In this document: positions 24,315 to 36,552 of the stretch, one piece after another
Numbering within the stretch: the stretch's first letter is position 1
Layout: every line of letters begins with the position of its first letter
Assembly: GCF_030028105.1 (NCBI RefSeq)
Contig: NC_092380.1
Span: forward strand, 69,995,717-70,059,716
DNA from: Mobula birostris
Taxonomy: Eukaryota
DNA length: 64,000 bases
Reading direction: 5' to 3'
Position numbers and translations under genes: made by a program
The notes under the pieces: model-generated
What the model was told of the DNA's origin: nothing
Database searches by the model: none
The model's input: the letters and a program-made list of their open reading frames with translations, nothing else

Positions 24315-25990
24315 CCCCTCTACCACCACTCTCCTCTGTCTAGCAGAATTAGTCCTTACTCTTAATAATTTCTACTTTGGCTCCTCCCACTTCCTCCAAA
24401 CTAAAGGTGTAGCTATGGGCACCCGTATGGGTCTTAGCTATGCCTGCCTTTTTGTTGGCTTTGTGGAACAATCCATGTTCCAAACCTAATCCGTCCCCCG
24501 CTTTTCCTTCGCTACATCGACGACTACATTGGCGCCGCTTCCTGCACGCATGCTGAGCTCGTTGACTTCATTAACTTTGCCTCCAACTTTCACCCTGCCC
24601 TCAAATTTACCTGGTCCATTTCCGACACCTCCCTCCTCTTTCTTGATCTTTCTGTCTTTATCTCTGGAGACAGCTTATCTACTGATGTCTACTATAAGCC
24701 TACGGACTCTCACAGATACCTGGACTATTCCTCTTCCCACCCTGTCTTTTGCAAAAATGCCATCCTCTTCTTGCAATTCCTCCGTCTCTGCCGCATCTGC
24801 TCTCAGGATGAGGCTCTTCATTCCAGGACAAGGGAGATGTCTTCCTTTTTCAAAGAAAGGGGCTTCCCTTCCTCCACCATCAACTCTGCTCTCAAATGCA
24901 TCTCTCCCATTTCACGCACATCTGCTCTCACCCCATCCTCCCGCCACCCCACTAGGGATAGGGTTCCCCTTGTCCTCACCTACCACCCCACCAGCCTTCG
25001 GGTACAACAAAAATTCTCCATAACTTCCGCCATTTCCAACGGGATCCCACCACCAAGCACATCTTTCCCTCCCCTCCCCCCCACATTCTGCTTTCCGCAG
25101 GGATCACTCCCTACGTGACTCCCTTGTCCATTGGTCCCCCCATCCATTCCCACTGATCTCCCTCCCGGCACTTATTCTTGTAAGCGGAACAAGTGCTACA
25201 CATGCCCTTACACTTCCTCCCTCACCATCATTCAGGGCCCCAGACTGTCCTTCCAGGTGAGGCGACACTTCACCTGTGAGTCGGCTGGGGTGATATACTG
25301 TGTCCGGTGCTCCCGATGTGGCCTTCTATATATTGGTGAGACCTGACACAGACTGGGAGACCGTTTCGCTGAACACCTATGCTCTGTCTGCCAGAGAAAG
25401 CAGGATCTGCCAGTGGCCACACATTTTAATTCCACATCCCATTCCCATTCTGATATGTCTATTCATGGCCTCCTCCACCGTCAAGATGAAGCCACACTCA
25501 GGTTGGAGGAACAACACCTTATATTCTGTCTGGGTAGCCTCCAACCTGATGGCATGAATATTGACTTCTCTAACTTCCGTTAATGCCCCTCCTCCCCTTC
25601 TTACCCCATCCCTTATCTACTTATTTATTTCCTTTTTCTCTCTCTTTTTTCTCCCTCTGTCCCTCTCACTATAACTCCTTACCTGCTCTCCATCTTCCTC
25701 TGGTGCTCCCCTCCCCCTTTCTTTCTCCCTAGGCCTCCCATCCCATGATCCTCTCCCTTCTCCAGCCTTGCATCCTTTTGCCAATCAACCTTCCAGCTCT
25801 TAGCTCCATCCCTGCCCCTCCTGCCTTCTCCTATCATTTTGGATCTCCCCCTCCCCCTCCCCCTCTCAAATCTCTTACTATCTCTTCTTTCAATTAGTCC
25901 TGACGAAGGGTCTTGGCCCAAAACCTTGACTATACCTCTTCCTATATATGCTGCCTGGCCTGCTGCGTTCCACCAGCATTTTGTGTGTGG
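24315..25990 (+). mobile_element. Penelope-like element (RT C-terminal part, GIY-YIG, pLTR)
   Basis: GVAMGTRMG, RYIDD, VYYKPTDSH, VIYCVRCSRCGLLYIGET. The hammerhead core at about 25896-25931 has a G12 to A change. Confidence 0.87.
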
Positions 25991-27229
25991 AGCTAAATTG
26001 AGAAAATTACCAGGATTCCCTTCTGGGATTTGGGGCAGAAAACTTGCCAAACAGGTTCTAGATAGTATAAGTCACATGCATTTGTGTGGCTGTTAGATGC
26101 TGCACTATGCTTAGAATGAACAATTTTTAAATAGAGTCAGTTTCTTGTGTTTGTGTACAAAAGGTAGTGATTTTTATCACTAATATATATGCAAGAAATA
26201 AACAGCAAGACAATTCAGAACTGCTTTGCTCACTGCGGTTTCAAGCATTCAGACTTGGAGGTGTCAGAGCGGGAGTGAAAATGAAATGATTTCAATACTT
26301 CAGCAAGTTAGGAACTAGAAGAATTTGAAGGCATTGACAATCATCTTGACTGTTACAATAAAAATGAAATTTTGGAGGATGCAATCATAGATAGCATTAC
26401 ATGAAGGATGTCCATTATCTGTACTAGGTGGCTGCACTGATTTTGTTCATTGCATACTTTAGATGAATTCCTCTGTCAATGACTATTAGTTATTAACTAA
26501 TTAATAACTAATACAGCTCTGTAGAACTATTGGCAGTGTTTTACTTTGTTCTGTATTTCATTTAAATATATAAATTGTTACTCAGTTTGTTTCTTATATC
26601 TTTTTAACTATTTCAAAATAGTACAACGGAATATTTTCAGCTTTGTTATTCTCCATTTGAAATTCTTTGCTTATCATTATAATAAACCATCTATCCAAAA
26701 TGCTAACTTCACAAAATCTGAAGTTTTAAGTTGCAAAGAAATAAGTGGAGGAATGTGATGGATGGGATTGTTTTGAGAGCCTGAATAGATTCAATGGACC
26801 GAATAGCTTCCTCATGAATAAATGTTGGGAATAAAAAGATAATCATGGTCCTATTAATCGCTTTCTGATATAAATTCAAACTTAAAGAGAATTTTTCAAT
26901 TTGATTCCCAGGTGGTTTAAACTTTATTATATTTTATCGTTCATAAATATTTAAAGACACAATTAAAAATTAGTTATGTACATAAATATTTATTTGTATG
27001 TTAAATTCTTCACTAGTAACCTATCTTTTATCCTAGAAAAGAAAGGAGATCATAAATTCATTGCCATGAATAAACCAGTCTGCGGTGGAGCAAAATAAGT
27101 CAGATTTGTTCAAGGTACAAATAATAATGTAAAATATATAGTGCTTGTTTATCTCATTGTAGTGTTTGAACAAGTTTAAAGTTGTTTATCAAAATTATAG
27201 ATCTAAAAATTGCATAGTCTGGATGATGG

Positions 27230-27750
27230 GGATCTTTAATAGCAGATGTCCTCTTGAGGGAGCCTTGTGTAGACACTACAAATGGTAGGGATGTATTGAT
27301 CAAAGTTCACTATTCCCTGCAACTTTTTATGTTCCTTTGCATTTGAGTTGCTGTAGCAGAGCATGATGCAACCATTAAAATACATTCAACAGTATATCAG
27401 CAGAAGTTTGTTAAGAGTATTCGATGACAAGATGAATTTCCTTACCTCCTATGAAAGTAAAGTAACTGGCATGGTTTCTGTATGATTGCATTTATGTACT
27501 GGGCCACGAACAAGTCGTCTGATATGTTAATGCCCAGAAGTTAATATTAAAGCAGCTGTCTACCACAGATCCCCCAGTGTAGACTGGTGCATGTTCAGCC
27601 TCCTTTCCCTTTGTTAAGTGAACAGTCAGCTCATTAGTTTTTCTGATGTTGAGAAAGGGGTTGTTTTGTGGCACCGTTCTACTGGTGACCTATCTCACTC
27701 ACGTGAACTATATGGGGCAAATGTGGAACAAGTGAGTAAGCACTTAATGC
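27230..27750 (-). mobile_element. L2/Rex1-like LINE fragment
   Basis: LNIRKTNELTV...VYTGGSVVD...INFW is typical of the post-RT region of these clades. Confidence 0.55.
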
Positions 27751-28089
27751 TGTCTAAATTTCTTACTTTATGTATTGCCCCAACAAATACATTATCACAG
27801 TTAACGTCTTTAGTTAGCCCTATCTATTTGTCTAAATAAAGGGTCTTTTTTTCCATGATTCAAGCTGGGTTTTGATTTAACAATGCTTTATAAAAGATGT
27901 TAAATTTCTTTGGTGGTAGATATTTAGTCACGTTCTTGAGAAAAGAGATGGATGGTATTTTTTCTCCCAGACTATTAATTTCAGTTTATAAATGCATCAG
28001 TATATAGTGAAAAGCTTGTTTTGCATACAGTTCATACAGATCAAGTAATTTCACAGTTCATTGAGGTAGAACATGGCAAAACAGTAACA

Positions 28090-28500
28090 ATGCAGAATTA
28101 AGACCATAAGACATAGGAACAGAATTAGGTCATCTGGTCTACTGAGTCTGCTCTGGTATTCCATTGTTTGATTTATTATCCTCTTGACCCATTCTCCTGC
28201 CTTTTCTCCATAACCTTTGACGCCCTTACGAATCAAAATCATCTCTGTTTAAATTATTCCAAAGACTTGGCCTCCACAGCTGTCTGTGGTAATGAATTCC
28301 ACACTTCCCAGGTATTGTTTTAATCTAAAACAAGCACGTACCAGGTCGAGATCTTTCCTAGCTTGTTTTTTCTTCCTTCATTCCTTCACCATCCTCTAAC
28401 TAAAGAGATTCCTCCTCTTAGGGACGATCTTCTATTCTGAGGCTGTGCCCTCTGGTCCTAGACTCTCCCACTGTTGGAAGCAGCCTGTCCAGCTGAGACA
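28090..28500 (-). mobile_element. CR1 3' fragment nested in an L2-like tail
   Basis: Plus strand reads accataagacataggaacagaattagg...cattctcctgccttttctccataacctttga, the reverse of a CR1 3' end. Confidence 0.6.
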
Positions 28501-29399
28501 GTAATAATACCAGACTGGTTCAAGCAATAAAAGGTGCAGAGAAATTCCAGAGCAGACAAGCAATAGTTATTAAGTGCAAGTTCATATGAGATAGATTGTG
28601 AAGTCAAGAGTGCATCTTATCATACAAGAGTCTGATAACAACAGGATAGAAACTGTCCTTGTTTTTAGACTGGTGTATCTTCTGCCTGCTGGGAGAGGGA
28701 AGCAAGAATGACTATGTGAAAAACAATGATTAATGCCAAGTTATTTGCATTTCTGTATTTGTGATTTATAACAAACAGGGGCACAGGTAGATCTTCAAGT
28801 TCACCAAGTCTACAGTTGAAATGGTCACATTAACATTTTTGCTCAATCCTATTTTCCCCTCAGTTCTCTTCATTCCCAGAAACCCACTAATGAAACTTGA
28901 GTCTCAGAAATGGAAATCCCCTGCCTGCTGGAATAGTTAGAATCCAAACTATAGGTGTTACAAATAGGAGGAATTTTCTTAGCTAATAACTAAACACCTA
29001 ACCCAATAACCAAATAAAAGAATTGTTTTTCCCTAAACTTTTGGTATTGAGTTGAAAATACTGCAGATAGAATAATAGAGAAACACAATTAACATGGACA
29101 AAAGGATTATATTTGACAAATCATTTAAAAATAAAAGGCTGTACAAATAATTTATAATTAATGTTCATTATAAAAATGTAATTTTAATGTGATACAATGC
29201 AGTGCTCCTTCACAAAGTCGTCAACAAATGCTTCATCAGAGGTTATATTAACATTTATGTGAACTGTTAATGCATCAAGTTTGGTTTTGGTTTAAAAGAA
29301 CAGGTAACTTCAATTTGTTTCAGCTTAACATCAAATAGTGAAAATCAAGCTGATACAAAATCTGAATACAACTGTGATACAAAATCAAGCTGATACAAG

Positions 29400-30490
29400 A
29401 TCTTGAGAACACGTAAATTATATCATTACCATTCATACTGATCATAGAGGACCTTTATATGAATGGTAATCTTATTACATTTGTTCAATTGTGTCAGACA
29501 TACCATATTCCTAAAAAAACACTTTTAAAATATTTGCAACTGAAATATTTCATACTATCAAAATATAAGCATTTAATATCTGAACCACCACTATCACATC
29601 TTGAAAATCTCATTCTAAACATAAAGGGGAGGAGTCAGATTTCTTTATTCTATACAGCTTTGATGTCATATGATAAGGAGTCCACCATTGACAGGCTGGA
29701 GGCATGGAGACTGGATGTTCAAGAGGACACACAAGGAACTGAGTGGGAAATGGCATGCTTAAGAGCCCAAAAACAATCAATTAACACAAGAATGAAGTTA
29801 TTACAATACAAATGGTTAATGAGAACTTATATTACCCTGGTCAAACTGATCCGTTGGTCCCGACATCCCGGACACGTGTTAAATGTTTAGAAGGAAAGGG
29901 TACTCTATTTCACTGTGTGTGGAACTGTCCAAAATTTTTTTTAAAACTGGAAAACAGTTGTTCACACTATATCTGAGATTGTTGGAGTAAAGGTGCCTCA
30001 CCTAGCAAAAATGTGTGTACTACGTATATATCCGCAGAACTTTACTGTTAGTTCAAAACAGTCTATTTTAATTGACTTTGGACTCCTGCAGGCCAGCAGG
30101 ATGATGGCTTTATGTTGGAACAAAATGGAAAGACCTTCGATACATGTATGGGTGAAGGAGATGGCATCTTGTGTTGGAGAGATTGACTTACATAATCAGA
30201 GGAAGGGTAGGAGAATTTGAAAATATTTGGAAACCTTTATTGTAGTTTCTTGGACGTCCTGGTGCACAGTCATTTTCAAATAGCTGTGTGTTCTTGAGTG
30301 CTTCTACGGTTTTTTTTCCTGATGTGTTTTTATTTTATTTCTTTGCTAAATATGTGAAATGTTATATTTCTTTTCCTTTGATGATTGTGAAAAACATGAT
30401 GATATGTTTCAGTATTTAGTTTGATTATTATTATTGTTTATTTGTATATGTGAAATGTATGTAAAATTCAATAAAACTATCGTTTAAAAA
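29400..30490 (+). mobile_element. L1-clade LINE 3' end (ORF2 C-terminus and 3' UTR)
   Basis: KYLQLK...W...WEMAC...KLLQYKWLMRTY, a C..C...H..W.C zinc motif, W...W, then a T-rich UTR ending aataaa. Confidence 0.75.
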
Positions 30491-32599
30491 ATCAATAGCA
30501 TTGTATGAAGGTGTGTGTCTCTGCTAATTTTGTTCATTGTGTACACTGGATGAATTCCTCCTTTGATAACTACTAGGAACTAATATACAGTTTTATATTT
30601 CTGTAGTACTATTGGTAGATTTTTAATTCTGTATTTTATTTGAATACATAATTTGTTTTTCAGTTTATCTTTTTTTATACCTTTATCTATTTCCATGAAA
30701 CTTCAGCTGATTGGGGCAGCCACTGAATAGTGCTATATGTACTGTTTCCAATCTGTCCCAATTAACCAAAATCCACTGTGCATAGATGGGTGGGTTATGG
30801 AGGGCTATGGTCCCAATGCAGGTCGATTGCAGATTAATAGTCCAGCACAAACTAGATGGGCCAAAGGGTCTGTGCCTGTGTAATAATATTTTATGACCCT
30901 ATTATTCCATGACATGGGAATATCTGGCCAGCGATTTCTCGAAAGGGAAAGTCTTAAGTATCTGGGATGACAATGAGAACCTCAAAGCCTGATGTATGGA
31001 AAATATGGAAATCTGCAGAAGTACAGACAACCTCACAGAATACCTATCCATGCACACAGTGAGTCACCATCTATTGAGTCTGAAATTTGCACAATGATCT
31101 CACTAGCAAACTCAGAACCTGCAAGATTGCAATGGGAGTAGGCACACTTAAACCTAAGGGACTAGCTAGAAGAATAATTTCAGTATGTCATAAAGCATTG
31201 TCACTGCATGATACCCTGAAATTTAACTAATTAAACAAAATAAACAATTTCCATTTAAAATTACAATTGTATTTTGATGAGTCCTGTATTACTTACTTCC
31301 CTGGATTTAAAAAGAAACTGCTCATCTGTATTCAGACCATAAATACATACTGTATTTTGTACTGCAAGAGCTATTCAGTACAGAATATAGACATAGTATT
31401 TTAAAACCTTTTCAGTAGATAAACTTTTCCAGATACAAATATGAAGATACTTAGTGTGAAAGGTTAGTTTACATTTTCCATTGGAAAAAAAAGTGAGACC
31501 AAACATGTTCATTGTTAAATCATTGTAAATCGCACTGTGATTTCCAGAAACTGTACCGGAAATCAAACATCAAAAAGAGAAAGCTACAATCCAGATTCCA
31601 CCATTAATCTAGAACTGTGCTAAATGACTGACAGACTTACGAATCAAATAGCTAAACTAGTATTATTTACATGATAGATACAAATTAAACTAGTAAGATA
31701 AAACTTTATCTCCTCTGGAAAGATAGCATTATCTAATTCTTCCCATGTAAGCTTTCTAGCATGAAAAATAATTTTCTAGGGCAGAATTTCATTCCTTCAA
31801 ACTTGTTAATGGTAAGTTAGAGAATAGCCTTTCTGTTAAATTTAGATTTTTAAGTCTTTTTTTTTTGTTTTGATACCTCTGTTTTATTTGCTGTGTGCAA
31901 TTGCAAGTTCAATTACAATTTTTTATTTTGATTGTGTAGGGAATACACAGTGTATGCCATATTCATACAGGCCTAAGATCCCTGCACAGTGTGCTTTAAT
32001 CAATTAAAGATGCTTGTGAGTGGTAAATATTCTCAAGGGTTTCTCCCTGTTTATAAGCTAGCTTAAAAGCATGTTTCATCTGCACACATAACCTGGTCTC
32101 TTTGTAAACGACCCCTAAATGAGTCAATTTCATGACACCAAAGTAAATGATGATCTTTCCAGAAGCTTCTATATTGATTGTATTCACTAAAAATCAATGA
32201 ATGGTTAATACTGTACAACTGAAATGTTGCCAAACATCCATGTGGCACTCACCCACTTCAAGCTCTTGACACTTGGATTTGCACATCAATTTTTTTCTCA
32301 ATACCTTTGACATAATATTCACATAACTTCCCGACTCTCTTCCAGAAACTATGTATTCAAGTAGTCAAAGAGGACTGTCTCTCTAATGAGCATATGAATT
32401 ACCTGTAAATAAAAAATTTTACTTAAGTTTCATTTGCCAAGTAACCATTATGTGCTGCCTCTCATTGACTTAGCATTTGACTAGGTTTTGTACCAATGAT
32501 GAATACAATCTCATAGCTGGAGCAAGTTGGATCTTCAACGAGTTATGCGAACCCACTTGGCAAAACCAGTAAGTGGTTAAAGGAAAAAAGTACGGGAGC

Positions 32600-32900
32600 C
32601 TCAGGACTACACTTGCTCCATCATCGAACAGTTCCCACAATCTATGAACACACTTCCAAGAGCTTGTCATCTCAAGTTCTCGAGATTCATTGCTTATTTA
32701 TTATTGTTATTCCTTATTTTTCTTTTGTATATCCACAGTTTGTTGTATTTTACACACTGGTTGTCTGTCCTGTTGGGTGCAGTCGTTCATTGATTCTATT
32801 ATGGTTATTGGATTTATTGAGAATGCCCACAGAAAATGAATCTGAGCTGTAAATAGTGACATATTTGTACTTTGATAATAAATTTGCTTTTCAACTTTGA
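32600..32900 (+). mobile_element. L2-like 3' end
   Basis: Typical tail gaaaatgaatctgag...gtactttgataataaattt. Confidence 0.55.
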
Positions 32901-33036
32901 ACTGAAAACACTTTAAAGAAGCTTCTAATATAAATTCACAAAGAGCTCTGCTCTGCCTCACCACTTATTGTAAGAATTCTGCACTGGAGGTGGTGAAATT
33001 ATGAACACTGCAAAGTTGTGAAATTACAAAACATAC

Positions 33037-33344
33037 TTAAATCTGTAATGTGAATGTCTTTTCTACAATATCATCGGACGGTGCATGTCGAATTTCACAA
33101 ATATAATTTTTTGAATCTCCTGTTACGACAATTGGCAGTTCTGTAATTGTGGAGTACAGTCCATTTTCATTCATTTCCGGTACTTCTACCACTTGCTGAT
33201 CCTTCAATGTCTTTGATCCTTGTGTCCACACTACATCTATATCCACTGGGCAAAAGTGTTCAATCCTGCAAGTAAGAGTGGCATTTCCACCCATTTTCGG
33301 CTGAACAGGAGTACACTTGATTTCTGATACTTCAGGAGGCACAG
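33037..33344 (-). CDS. NCR3LG1: B7-H6-like exon 10: post-TM IgC1-type domain 6, ending at the stop codon
   Basis: atttccatag|CTGTGCC...ATTTAA. AVPPEVSEIKC...LTCRIEHFCP...VW...NGLYST...YICEIRH...TFTLQI*. Exons 1-10 total 2898 nt = 965 aa plus stop. Confidence 0.87.
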
Positions 33345-33415
33345 CTATGGAAATAAGACACAAATATGGAATACAATTAACTGTTCAATAGCTTCATTAA
33401 TAAGCAGCTAAAATA

Positions 33416-34252
33416 CAGTGGATTCTTGTTAATTGGGCCAACAGTTAATTGGGGCAGCCACATATTTGGGACAAATCTTAAAGAATAAAAAGTAAATCCG
33501 GAAAATAACCGGGATTCCCTTCATTAACTTGGGACACTATGCTGCTTAACTGGGGCAGGAGACTATTGCTGGACAGTGTCTAAATAATGTCAATCGCGTG
33601 CACTGAGTGACCTTTAAACATTACACTGTGCTTAGAGTAAACAGGTTTTAAGTAGAATCAGTTATATATTCTTGTGTTCAAAAAGCGGTGATTTTTGGCA
33701 CTCATAGTCAACAAGAAATAACCAGCAAAACACTCAGAACTGTTTTGCTCACTGTGGTTTCAAGTATTCAGGCTTGGAGATGCCAGAAACAGCTGGGAGT
33801 GAAAATGAAATGATTTCACTTCTTCAACAAGGTACAAATTACAAAGGTATCCACAATCTTCTTGAATGTTACAATGAAAATGAAGATGTGATGGATGCAG
33901 TTATCTAAAGCATTGTAGGAAGGCAATCCATTATCTGCACTAGGTGTCAGTGCTGATTTTGTTCATTTACAGACAATCAAGGGAACATGGCAAATGAATT
34001 CCTCCATTGATAAATATTTGGAATTGATACTCTGTATAGGTATCGAACAACACCTGTACTGTACAGGTGTTGGTAGTATTCTAATTTGTTCTGTATTTCA
34101 TTTAAATACATACATTGTTATTCAGTTAAATGGTAGTTTGTCATTTTTATACTTTGTAACTATTTCCATGAAACTTCAGCTAATTGGGGCAGCCGCTTAA
34201 TTGCACCAAAATGTACTGGTCCCAATGTGTCCCAATTAACTGGAATCCATTG
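33416..34252. mobile_element. pogo/Tigger-like MITE with TA target duplication
   Basis: ta|CAGTGGATTCTTGTTAATTGGG ... CCCAATTAACTGGAATCCATTG|ta. Partial copies of the same family at about 26200-26590 and 30490-30780. Confidence 0.78.
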
Positions 34253-34739
34253 TACTTAATTTACATTAAGAAACTGTACAAACAAAATAAATTAGCTGTA
34301 TGCAATATCTACTGAAATGAACAAGTCATTCAGCAACCTCTGGCATTCACAATATATCTGACCAAGAATTTCTTAATGTATATGCAATGATACTCTTTCA
34401 CTTCAAAGTCTGTATTTCTATAGTCTGTGACAATGGAATCTGTACGCAAGCTACAAAATCAGGCTAACTACTAACTACCAAACTTAGAAACTGCCAGCAA
34501 ATCATTAAAAAGTATAGCTAGTTTATAACATCCTCATAAGACTTGAAAGTTTAATTTGAGAAATATTAAGTTTCCAATAAAAATTAATAAAGCAAGTTTT
34601 TTTGTATTTTTCTTCCTTTAGGTACTTCCCTTAATCCAAAATGTACAAATTAATCTGCACAGAGGCTGCCTTATATCTGGAATCTGCTGCCACAGAAGGT
34701 GGTGGAATCAAACAGGCAAGGCAAAGGAGGATTATATGG

Positions 34740-35860
34740 TCATAATGTGTGCATACATAGTCAGTATAGAGAGGCAAAATAGTCGACATGGTTTGTGCAT
34801 AGTAGGTCATGTCTAAACAGTCTTATAGAAATTTTTGAGGCAGTTACCAGGAAATTTGATGAATGAAAGTCAAAGGATGTTGTCAACACATACTTTAGCA
34901 AGACCTTTAACAGGATCCCACATGGAAAGTTGGTCAAGAAGGTTCTGGTAGTAGATGTTTGCCTCTCTGAATGGAGGACTGTGCCTTATGGTGTGCCGCT
35001 GGGTCTGTTGTTGTTCGATATCTATATTAATGTTTTGAATGATAATGTGGGAAACTGGTTCAGCAATCTTACAGATGACACCAAAACTGGGGTGTAGGAA
35101 GGAAGGCTCTTAAGGTTATCAGTGAGATCTGGAACAGCTGAAAAATGGCAAATTGAATTTAATGCAGACAAGTGTGAAGTGCTGCACATTGGGAGGACAA
35201 ACCAGATTAGGACTTGCACAGTGAATGGTAGGGCAATGAGGAATGCAGCAGAACAAAAGAGATTTGGAAATGGCCTTCATAAATAAGTGTATTGAGTACA
35301 AGAGTTGGGATGTTACCATGAAGTTGTATAAGACACTAGTGAGGCCTAATTTGAAGTATTGTGTGCAGTTCTGGTCACCTATCTACAGGAAAGATATTAA
35401 TAAGATTGGAAGATTACAAGGATTTTGCCAAAACATGAGCACCTGAATTATAGAGAAAGGTTAAATAGATTAGGACATCATTCCTTGGAGCGTAGGAGAA
35501 AGAAGAGAGATTTGGTATACAAAATTATGAGGGGCATAGATAGGGCAGGCTTTTATTCCCCACTGAGTTTGGATGAGACTGGAACTAGAGGTCATAGATT
35601 AAAGGTGAAAGTTTAAATATGTACTAGGACCATGGGGAGGCACTCCTTCACTCAGAGGGTGGGGAAAGTATAGAATGGGCTGCCAGCAGAAGTAGTGTAT
35701 CCAGGTTTGATTTCATTATTTAAGATGCTTGGATAAATATATGGATAGGAGGGCGATGGTCCAGGTACAGGTCAATGGGATTAGGCAGAATAATAGTTCA
35801 TACTGACTAAATAGGCCAAAGGGCCTGTTTACGTGCTAAAGTGCTCTTTGACTCTAAAAG
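34740..35860 (+). mobile_element. Degenerate CR1 LINE 3' portion
   Basis: KWQIEFNADKCEVLHIGRTN, LYKTLVRPNLKYCVQFWSP, LNYRERLNRLG remnants. Confidence 0.8.
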
Positions 35861-36243
35861 AATCTGCATGGATGTGGTCAGAAAATGGGCTTACTTGTGT
35901 GCTGTACAACTCCATGACAACAATGATTATTATACTTTCTACACAATATATATTTTTACCCTTTACTGAGCAAATGAATGTGTGTGAAGATTCTTTCATC
36001 AGACTAGGCAGACAACTTCTCTGTTGGTTTTTCTGTTCTTGGTTGTCACAGATCTCCACGTGAAGAGCCTCACATTGGATTAGACATCCAAAGACAAGAA
36101 GTTTCTTCTAAAAACCCATGTACCGTGATGAACAAAAAAAAACATTCTTCTGAACTTTTTGCAAAAATCCTTATCATCTTCAATGGGCTGTTATATGCAA
36201 TTTTAAAAATATTATTAAAACAGCATTTCTGCAATTCACTCAC

Positions 36244-36552
36244 CTTTCAGGGGAAGTTGCATGTGTTTTTTGAATTCATTTTTAGAATGGTCTTTACATA
36301 GAAAGACTAACTCTTTTCCAAAGTCTTCTGCGATCACTACAAAATTAAGGCAACTCTCTATATTGTAAGTTTTCTGAGGGGTACATACAAAATCTGAATT
36401 AGTTACTCCTATTTTCACAGGCTCAGCTCCTTTGTACCACTCAAAAGTAAAATCTTTACTTGGAAGATCATACACCCTATAAGACACAGATAAATGATGA
36501 CCATACAATGGAATCTTTGGCTCAATGTTGAAGTCTGAAAATCTCGGTGCAC
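36244..36552 (-). CDS. NCR3LG1: B7-H6-like exon 9: degenerate post-TM Ig domain 5 (canonical Cys pair absent)
   Basis: ttcattgtag|GTGCACCG...AAAG|gtgagt, 309 nt, phase 1-1. GAPRFSDFNIEP...LSVSYRVYDLP...FEWYKG...TYNIES...LVFLCKDH. Confidence 0.8.

Noticed and set aside
27020-27050. Minus-strand acceptor ctcctttcttttctag followed by a 12-nt segment and gttact
   Set aside because: Could be a UTR acceptor or micro-exon, but there is no coding context or other support.
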